Shown here: positions 54,303 to 64,000 of the stretch, in pieces
How the letters are laid out: each line of letters starts with the position of its first letter
Numbering within the stretch: position 1 is the stretch's first letter
DNA from: Octopus vulgaris
Lineage: Eukaryota
Length of the DNA: 64,000 nucleotides
Reading direction: 5' to 3'
Assembly: GCA_951406725.2 (NCBI GenBank)
Contig: OX597838.1
Location: 30,938,001 to 31,002,000, forward strand
The notes under the pieces: generated by a model
Told to the model about the DNA's origin: nothing
Databases searched by the model: none
The model's input: only the letters and a program-made list of their open reading frames with translations
Made by a program: the position numbers and the translations under genes

Positions 54303-54522
54303 TATGTTGTAAAAGCAAGTGACTAACTTGGAATGGGAACAACCAACCAACAACAGTACATTGAACTCGATGCTGGTAAAGACTTTATCTCTGCTTTAGC
54401 TAATAAATACCTCTTGGTTAGTTGGGATGCAAAGTTGCGGAAACTGGAGATATAATAAGCAAGCAATTCATCCACACACACACACACACGCGTATGTGTG
54501 TCAGTATAAGATACATACATAC

Positions 54523-54571
<49 letters not shown>

Positions 54572-54719
54572 CACACACACACACAGATATATATACATAT
54601 ATGTGTATATATATATATATATAGTGTAATAAATAAAATATATGCATACATACAAACATATATGTACGTACCGACATTTACATGTATATATACATGCATA
54701 TATAAATATATATATATAC

Positions 54720-54777
<58 letters not shown>

Positions 54778-54829
54778 ATATATATACATATATGTACATG
54801 TACACATACATGTATGTAGAATAACTAAA

Positions 54830-54861
<32 letters not shown>

Positions 54862-55089
54862 TGAATATTATATGCCCTCAGGCTGAAACTAAAAGAATAT
54901 ATATCTATATACAATATATATACATATACGCACACACACACACACAAATATTTGTATAGTATTATAAATACATGTACACGTTAACATATATGTATATATA
55001 TATATATCTATATATATATGTCACCATCATTTAACATCTGTTTTCTATGCTGGTATGCTTGGACATATATATATGTATATATATGTGTA

Positions 55090-55145
<56 letters not shown>

Positions 55146-55257
55146 CATATATTTGCCATTTAAATATGGCTAACTCCTAAGGGTGGATGCTACTGTAGTT
55201 TGTAGCCCCAGGAGGACACCTCCTCTAGCTGGCTATAGACACACTTTGTAGACTCTT

Positions 55258-55377
<120 letters not shown>

Positions 55378-56091
55378 TTATTTATTTATTTATTTAAGTA
55401 TGCATATATATGTATGTATGTGTGTATATGTATGAATGGTCAAGTCACTTCATCTTTCCCCCCTCATCTTTTACACCGCTGCCAACCACCACCATCGTCA
55501 CCATCACCATCATCACCACCACCACTACATCTAACACTTAACTGTAAAAAATATGCTCTCCCAAGTCTTTCATTATTTAGCTATTTATTTTGTACTCATA
55601 ACACAAGTAATTTGATGACTTCAATTTGCTTGCATATTTATGTGGCTCTATGGATATATAGACACGTTCGGTCGTTCGTTGACATAGTTTTTTCCTAGCA
55701 AGATAAATCTGACTTTTACATTCTTCTATTTTTCTTTCCTCCTTTTTTTTTTTTTTTTATTTTTCATCTTTTTTTTCGAGTAAGACGTCAAAGACTTTAT
55801 TTTTCTTTAATATAGGATGGGAAATAATATTATGGGACGCTTGTTCTTCTATTTCATCTCATTTTTATTTCAGCTAAAACTATGTATATATTGTACTCTT
55901 TCAAGGACATTCACAGTTAACCCTTTTGGCACTACAGTTCTTCAAAAAGACACTGCTTTGGTTTCAATTAATTTCAAAAAAATAATGAAGAATTTAGTAA
56001 GACACTGCTGTTATTAAACCGGTATTTGGAAAGTAAATTAGCATGAAATTCTATCATAGAAACCAAAAATAGAATCCTTTTGTTACCATAC

Positions 56092-56487
56092 TTTACTCTT
56101 TTACTTGTTTCAGTCATTTGACTGCGGCCATGCGGGAGCACCGCCTTTAGTCGAGTAAATCGACCCTGGGACTTATTCTTTGTAAGCCCAGTACTTATTC
56201 TATCGGTCTCTTTTGCCGAACCGCTAAGTGGCGGGGACGTAAACACACCAGCATCGGTTGTCAAGCAATGCTAGGGGGACAAACACACATACACATATAT
56301 ATATATATATATATACATATATACGACAGGCTTCTTTCAGTTTCCGTCTACCAAATCCACTCACAATGCATTGGTCGGCCCGGGGCTATAGCAGAAGGCA
56401 CTTGCCCAAGATGCCACGCAGTGGGACTGAACCCGGAACCATGTGGTTGGTAAGCAAGCTACTTACCACACAGCCACTCCTGCACCT
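56092..56487 (-). mobile_element. Family A SINE inserted in a degenerate MITE array (55917-56960)
   Basis: MITE sequence is contiguous across the insertion. Confidence 0.9.
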
Positions 56488-57350
56488 GTAGAAATACACT
56501 GCCTTATTTTCAATTAAATTTCAAAATAATGAAGAATTAAGTAAATTAACATTTCTGTAATTAAACTAGTATTTGAAAGATAATTTAACATGAAATACTA
56601 TCATAGAAGCCAAGAATTAGTCACAGGTAGGTTGGTATCAAAATACCTTTTTGTTACCATATTTCGCCTATGTTTTAATTAATTTTGAAATTAATGAGGA
56701 ATTTAGCCAAATAACTTTGCTGTTATTAAAACTGTGTTTGGAACATCAATTAGCATTTAACCGATAAAAGTTTTAATTTAGGTCATTTTACAAAAAGAAG
56801 TTTGTATCATAGAACTAGGCGTGGCTTTGTGAGTGTCGCTCTCAAAACGGTGTGACCTTTCTGTTCTCTTATTTCGGTTGAGATACATTTGCCTCTGATG
56901 TAATTAATTTTTAAAATAACGAAGAATTATTAAAACAACTTTGTAGTTATTAATCCTTTAAGTGTCTACATGAGCAATATTCATCCTAAATATTCTACAT
57001 GTTTTCTATGCAAATCAACCAGATCTGGCCTATCGCACATACCCAACAATGCTATTCTAAAAACAAACAATCACATCGTTGAAATCTCAAAGCCACAAGA
57101 TACTGCATGGTTAATTCTAAACAATGTGAATAAACAAGCATCACCACGTTTGACAGAGGAATCTGAATGCTGAAGAGATAAAACAGCAAAATAGCCTCAT
57201 CACTTCATTGGTGACTAGCTTCAATTCTTATAAAGGAATAAAACTTAAGTCCCAGAGATGCACACACACACACACGCACACACACACAGAACTAATTCAC
57301 ATATTCACAAAACCCAACAGTTGTCTTGGATTAACCCTTTAGAATTTTAT

Positions 57351-57686
57351 TTCTATATTACCCACAGGGGGTCTAAACATAGAGGGGAAAAGCAAGGACA
57401 GATAAAGAGATTAAATATTGATTACATTGACACCCTACCCCCCAGTACATAACTGGTACTTATTTAATCGACCCTGAAAGGATGAAAGGCAAAGTTGACC
57501 TTGGTGGAATTTGAACTCAGAATGTAAAGACAGATGAAATAATTATTTCTTTACTACCCACAAGGGGCTAAACACAGAGAGGAGAAACAAGGACAGACAC
57601 ACGGATTAAGTCAATTATATCGACGCCAGTGTGTAACTGGTACTTATTTAATCGACCCCGAAAGGATGAAAGGCAAAGTCGACCTT
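57351..57686 (-). mobile_element. Family B SINE dimer, 5'-truncated
   Basis: Two tandem units with the same junction position as other dimers. Confidence 0.85.
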
Positions 57687-57704
57687 ACAAATAAATGCAA
57701 GATA

Positions 57705-58110
57705 GGCACAGGAGTGGCTGTGTGGTAAGTAGCTTGTCTACCAACCACATGGTTCCAGGTTCAGTCCCACTGCATGGCACCTTGGGCAAGTGTCTTCTGC
57801 TATAGCCCCCGGCCGACCAATGCCTTGAGAGTGGATTTGGTAGACGGAAACTGAAAGAAGCCCGTCGTATATATGTATATATATATAGGCGTGTGTGTGT
57901 TTGTGTGTTTGTGTTTGTCCCCTAGCATTGCTTGACAACCGATGCTGGTGTGTTTATGTCCCCGTTACTTAGCGGTTCGGCAAAAGAGACCGATAGAATA
58001 AGTACTGGGCTTACAAAAGAATAAGTCCCGGGGTCGAGTTGCTCGATTAAAAGGCGGTGCTCCAGCATGGCCGCAGTCAAATGACTGAAACAAGTAAAAG
58101 AGTAAAAGAG
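57705..58110 (+). mobile_element. Family A SINE (full length)
   Basis: Complete head to tail. Confidence 0.92.
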
Positions 58111-58463
58111 ATTCGTTCAAAACAATGCGGATAAATAAGAATTACATTTGAGAGGATTTGTCGAAAACAAATGTTGGGTATGTGTGGGATGGGTGGGAGC
58201 AAAGAATGTGCGCACGTCGGAGAGGAAAATGGATGATGGTGAATGAGAATAATGTCTGTCCAAGGCACCGTGCAGCAGGACTGAACCAGAAACCATTTGG
58301 TTACGAAGTAAGCTTCAAAACCGCACACACAAGCGAATAAAATACTTCCTCTACATAAGTCTGAATGAACCTAATTTCATTTGTTTCTTACTCTCTCTCT
58401 TTCTCATTTGTACATATATATATATACATGCATATATGTGTGTGTGTATGTATATATATATAC

Positions 58464-58496
<33 letters not shown>

Positions 58497-58817
58497 CACA
58501 CATATATATATATATATACATACACACATACATAGATATACCCGCACATACGTATATGTATACATACATGTTTGTATATATACATATATATATATACATA
58601 CATGTGTGTATATATACATAAATATATGTATATACATACATAGATATATATACACACATATAAATACATAAACACATATATACACACATATACATTGGAG
58701 TTTTATGTAAGTTTTGCATGTATAAGCAGATTGTTTCATCATCATTTCAAATGTGTTGTTTGTCCATTTATTGACACTTGTGGCGGCATGTTTTGATTTA
58801 TGTCTGGAGAGAATTCC

Positions 58818-58850
<33 letters not shown>

Positions 58851-59082
58851 ATGTAGGTGAGGTGATAAAAACAAGAGTACACGTATACATATATATATCA
58901 ATATACACATATATGTAATATATATATATATATATCATCATCATCATCATCATTATTTAGCGTCCGCTTTCCATGCTAGCATGGGTTGGACGGTTCAACT
59001 GGGGTCTGGGAGGCCAGAAGGCTGCACCAGGCTCCAGTCTGATCTGGCAATGTTTCTACAGCTGAATGCCCTTCCTAACGCC

Positions 59083-59121
<39 letters not shown>

Positions 59122-59344
59122 TATATTGTTATTTTAATTTTAATATTTCTATTATATGTAATTTTCTAGATGGTGTAATTTAATTGTTCATTTTGAATTG
59201 ATAAAAGGTGGATTTTTCTGATTTTTCTATTTTATATATATATATATATTTATATTATATTTTGTGAAATTTGATTTAGTATTTCTAAACTGAATTTTTC
59301 CCTGTAAGTTAGGAATGATATTCCCTCAAATAATTATTATATAT

Positions 59345-59550
59345 ATAAAGTTAATCCAAACATGAAAACACAACAATGCGAGGATGTGGAACAAATATAG
59401 TATTATTGGACGCTCAGGAAGGAAGGGAAGAAGGAGAGTTTAACGTTTCGAGCGGAGCTCTTCATCAGAAACATAGGAAAAGGAAAGATCCAGAGAAGGG
59501 AAGACAGAGGAAAAAAAAATTGCCAATGGTACACACGCGGTCACATTTTG
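59345..59550 (-). mobile_element. Probable Penelope-like element terminal remnant
   Basis: TA-flanked segment carrying a minimal hammerhead motif. Confidence 0.6.
59438..59472 (-). ncRNA. Minimal type I hammerhead ribozyme motif
   Basis: Minus strand GUUU-CUGAUGA-A-GAGC(UCC)GCUC-GAAAC-GUU-AAAC: core boxes, stem II, palindromic ACGU stem III, 4-bp stem I. Confidence 0.7.
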
Positions 59551-60674
59551 AATATATACATACAATGGGCTTCTTTCAGTTTCCACCGAGAAAATCTACT
59601 CACAAGGCTTTGATGGGCCCAGGGTCGTTGTAAAATACATTTGCCCAAGTTGCCATGCAGAGAAACTGAACTTGAAACCATTTTGGTTGGGAAGGAAGTT
59701 TCAATGCAACAAGGCTGGAGCCTTTGAATTACAGGTACAATGCAGTTTGACACCTGAGAGGACTGGAGCAATATGAAATAAAGTGTCTTGCTCAAGGACA
59801 CAAAGCACTGCTGGGAATTGAACTCACGACTGTACAATCACGAGCTTAACCATTTAGCCATGTGCTTTCATGATTTCTAGGATATAAAATATTTAGCATT
59901 CCCTTTGATTTGTGATAGATTTCAGAAATTAGAAATACTGACAAGTGTTTGGCGATGACTAGGTGGACGTATCCATTAGGTTCCCCCACTTTGCTTTTCT
60001 TTAAAAATTTCTTCAGAAATCTGTTTTCAACAACAGATTATAATTTTAAAAATTAAAAAAACAGAAAAGTGCTTTCAAATTTTTAATTTCCTTCTCTTTC
60101 AAATTTTTTGTTTTTAAGCTTTTTATCCGAAAGAAATATTTTTCTGAAAAAAATTTTGATATTTTCGTTTTTTTTTTATTTTTAAAAATATCAATACTGA
60201 TTGCTTACAATAATTTCTCTCTTTCAATTTGTGATTGTAAATTGAAAATAATGTCAAAACCACCATTTTTCTTCCTTTTTTTTTTTTGGATATTACTCTT
60301 TAAATCCAAGCCTTCCACCAAATATTTACGTAAGAACTGGCTTTTGTAAAGTTATTATTCAATTTGACAATATAATAAAATAAAAACAATTTAATTATTT
60401 TCCTAAATCTCTCCGTTTCATGATTATTTTCAAAATTAATTTCAAACATATCAACAGAGTTGCATGGTAGAAATATTTTCCAATTCAGCCGAAAGGTCAA
60501 CATTTTTGAGAGCAGGATGTTACTTGATCTATTTGGCCCCCAGTGCATGACTGGTACTTTATTTTATTGGCCCTGGAAGACTGGGAAAGCAAAAAGTTGG
60601 AAGAAACACCACAGAGCCTTTTGTCTGATTGCTCTACCAATTTAATCAGCTTGTTACCAAAAAAAGTATCACTG

Positions 60675-60706
<32 letters not shown>

Positions 60707-60948
60707 TTCAAATTTGACACAAGGCCAGAAATTTTGGTGAGGAGGGGGATGAGTCGATTACATCAACCCCCCAGTATTTCACTGGTACTTAATCTATCAA
60801 CCCTGAAAGGACAAAAGGCAAAGTTGACTTCGGTGACATTTGAACTCAGCACATAGTGGCAGACGAAATACCACTAAGTATTTCGCCCAGCGTGCTAACA
60901 GTTCTGCCACCTGCTACCTTAATAATAATAATAATGATAATAATAATG

Positions 60949-61007
<59 letters not shown>

Positions 61008-61133
61008 TAATTCTTTTATTGGCCACAAGGGCTGACAAAAATTACTTAGAACATAAAAGGGACAAAACAGGACGAAAGGTTACAAAGGGTTTTGTCCGTT
61101 TGTAAAATCGAGTAAAAAACAGTTTTATAAGAA

Positions 61134-61166
<33 letters not shown>

Positions 61167-61970
61167 CAGCAGTAATAATAATAATAATTCACTATTGGCA
61201 CAAGGCCTGAAATTCCGGGGAGGGGACAAGTCAGTTACACTGACCCCAGTGGTCAACTGGTACTTAATTTATCAATCCCCGAAAGGATGAAAGGCAAAGT
61301 CAACCTCTACGCAATTTGAACTCAGAACACGGAGACAAATGGAATGCAGCTAAGCACCGTGCCCAGCCTGCCACCTTACTACTACTGCTACTACTAATAG
61401 TGATGATGATGATGATGATGATTGTTTCTGCTTTAGGCACAGAGAGAATAATTTCGAGGGGAGGGGCAGTAGTCAATTACATCGACGCGACCCAGTACTT
61501 GGTAGGTGCTCTGTTTCGTTTCATGGGGCCCAGAAGGGTGAAAGTCAAAGTTGACCGCAATGAGGATTTGAACACAGAACATAAAGGGCCACCAGAACGA
61601 AAACCACAAAAGACATTTTGTCGGACACTTTAATGCTTCTACAACCCTGGTTCTTGTCAGAAATATGGCCAAGGAAGGGGTACTGCCACTGTAGTCCCCA
61701 CCATTGCCACTACTGCCACCACTATCGCTGCCACCACCACCACTACCACCACTGCCACCACTACCACCACCACCTCCACCACCACCACCACCTTGTGGTC
61801 CTTGAGTGTCTTCCAAAACAAAGGGCTAATGTGCAAGTATTCAGACCAGGATTTGGGTTTCAGGTTAAGGCTCTCTCTTCCTCCCAGCATTTTTTTAGGG
61901 TCCTGTAAAAAAAAAAAAACGAGGGGGCCCTTGGTACTTGCCTAACTTCTTTCCCTAAGCCTTAATATAC

Positions 61971-62056
<86 letters not shown>

Positions 62057-62840
62057 TGTGTATCAAAATAATAAAGTTTGGCTCTGTTTAAAAGCCGTGC
62101 TTTAACAAAGAATTGTGGCAGAAAATTCACATGAAAAATCTTGTTTGTGCACATAAATCATTAAATTTTCTTTTACATTTCTTTCTCTTTTTTCTTTTTT
62201 CTTTTTCGCTGAAGCCTGAATTAATAACTGTTGATGAAAAACAAATATCAAAGAGAAGAAAAAAAATGAAGCTTGCTTTAACCGGAACATTAAAATTTCC
62301 CATTTAATAGCAAATCTTTTGTTATCTCAGCCGATATATCGGTAAACAGGTGTCATTGAAGATTTATATGGTGGAACACCTAAAGCATGTTTTAAATGAC
62401 ACTGATTTTGAGGGAAGTGGGGGAGGGGAGGGGAGGGTGAGAGACAGACGGAGAGAGAGAGAGAGAGAGAGTGTGTGTGACGAGGGGGGGGAAATAAGAA
62501 AGAGCGAGAAAAAGAAGGTCCTCTTTGTGGAGTTATCGAGAGTTTTTCACCTGACCTGAATGCCAAACAAACCTACTCCATGCTACCAACAGAAAGAAAC
62601 AAACAGCACACAGTTATTATGTAATGAGGTGGTGATGGCGGTGAGGGGTGAGGGGTGGGGGGGTTCCACCGAAACAAACTGCATCATACTAAATCATGCC
62701 AGGAACAAAAGGAAACATCTAGTAAATACATAATGAGCCAGGGAGTTTGTTTTTGTTTTGTTTTTTTGGGGGGGGGGTTAGGTGGGGGATGGGGGGGAAA
62801 TTTCAGGTGTAGTTTGACCTGCTAAAAAATATTAACCAAT

Positions 62841-63178
62841 GGCGCAGGAGTGGCTGTGTGGTAAGTAGCTTGCTAACCAACCACATGGTTCTGGGGTTCA
62901 GTCCCACTGAGTGGCACCTTGGGCAAGTGTCTTCTACTATAGCCTCGGGCTGACCAATGCCTTGTGAGTGGATTTGGTAGACGGAAACTGAAAGAAGCCT
63001 GTCGTATGCAGGAGTGGCTGTGTGGTAAGTAGCTTGCTTACCAACCACATGGTTCCGGGTTCAGCCCCACTGCGTGGCACCTTGGGCAAGTGTCTTCTAC
63101 TATAGCCTCGGGCCGACCAATGCCTTGTGAGTGAATTTGGTAGACGGAAACTGAAAGAAGCCTGTCGTATATATGTAT
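62841..63178 (+). mobile_element. Two tandem family A SINE 5' halves
   Basis: Head repeated at 62841 and about 63008, each ending at the internal microsatellite position. Confidence 0.9.
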
Positions 63179-63179
63179 A

Positions 63180-63332
63180 GCAAGGGAGGATGGGCACAAA
63201 CAAGCCCAAAGATTGGGGTGGGCTGCACCTGCCTATCTCAGTTGCTATGGCATTGAGGTCGATCCGGCCTCCCTCATTAACGGGGACAAAACCCAGATTT
63301 AAAACACTGATGATGATGATGATGATGATGAT
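63180..63332 (+). mobile_element. Probable LINE 3' end with (GAT)n tail
   Basis: Non-SINE sequence ending GGGGACAAAACCCAGATTTAAAACACT(GAT)n. Confidence 0.45.
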
Positions 63333-63604
63333 GGTGAAGGAAGCTTTTCTAAGAGAAAGACAGTCAGACATAAAAATTGCAGTCAAAAAGAATCAGTCGT
63401 TTTGCAATGACAGTCCCTGGAATTTACTATGACGAATGAGAGAGGGGCAAAAATGTTGTACAAGCATTTGGCCACTTAAATCCAATGACGTACACATGCC
63501 TCACAGTCGTTTCATTCAGGCCAAACATGAGACAGCTATCATCTGACGACAAGATGAGGCAATCATCATGTACGTAAGTAGATTTTTTTTTTTTACTTTT
63601 TTTT

Positions 63605-63934
63605 CTTTTACTTGTTTCAGTTATTTGACTGCGGTCATGCTGGAGCGCTGCCTCACAGTGTTTTAGTCGAAGAAATCGACCACAGGACTTATTCTTTGTA
63701 AGCCTAGTACTTATTCTGTTCGTCCCTTTTGCCGAACCGCTAAGTTATGGGGACAGAAACACACCAGCATCATTAGTCAAACAATGGCAGAGGGGCAAAC
63801 ACAGACACATAAATATATGGTTCCAGGTTCAGTCCCACTCTGCAGCACCTTGGGCAAGTGTCTTCTGCTATAGCCTCAGGCTGACCAAAGCCTTGTGAGT
63901 GGATTTGGAGAATGTAAACTGGAAGAAGCTCGTC

Positions 63935-63940
<6 letters not shown>
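63605..63940. mobile_element. Family A SINE fragments in opposite orientations
   Basis: Minus-strand tail half 63605-63810, plus-strand head fragment 63818-63940. Confidence 0.8.
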
Positions 63941-63978
<38 letters not shown>

Positions 63979-64000
63979 GTGTAAGTGTGTGTGTGTATGT

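Noticed and set aside
54333-54455. 40-codon [43 protein letters not shown]
   Set aside because: Short, no recognisable domain or splice support; expected by chance
62316-62348. 11-nt microexon / 12-bp palindrome CCGATATATCGG
   Set aside because: Weak donor, frame-shifting length, palindrome within chance expectation for 64 kb

Overview
Eukaryotic, very repeat-rich, AT-rich non-coding DNA (large intron or intergenic). The SINE families and extreme (TA)n/(CA)n/(AAT)n load suggest an octopus/coleoid cephalopod genome, which is inference. No host protein-coding gene can be supported; nearly all supplied ORFs are microsatellite or SINE translations. Contents: dozens of copies of three tRNA-derived SINE families (working labels A, B, C), an RTE-related short element (D), 3' fragments of an (AAT)n-associated retroelement (E), piggyBac-like TTAA MITEs (single copies and a head-to-tail array), a non-autonomous Helitron, a hAT-like MITE, a mariner transposase remnant, Penelope-like remnants and a 100-N gap. 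Best observations: a minimal hammerhead ribozyme motif (59438-59472, minus strand), a repeated hairpin+pseudoknot module in family D, a tRNA-SINE head fused to an RTE zinc-finger 3' end, SINE dimers inserted as single TSD-flanked units, a SINE-primed templated duplication over 23.5 kb, and several long palindromes. None is demonstrably a new system without database searches.
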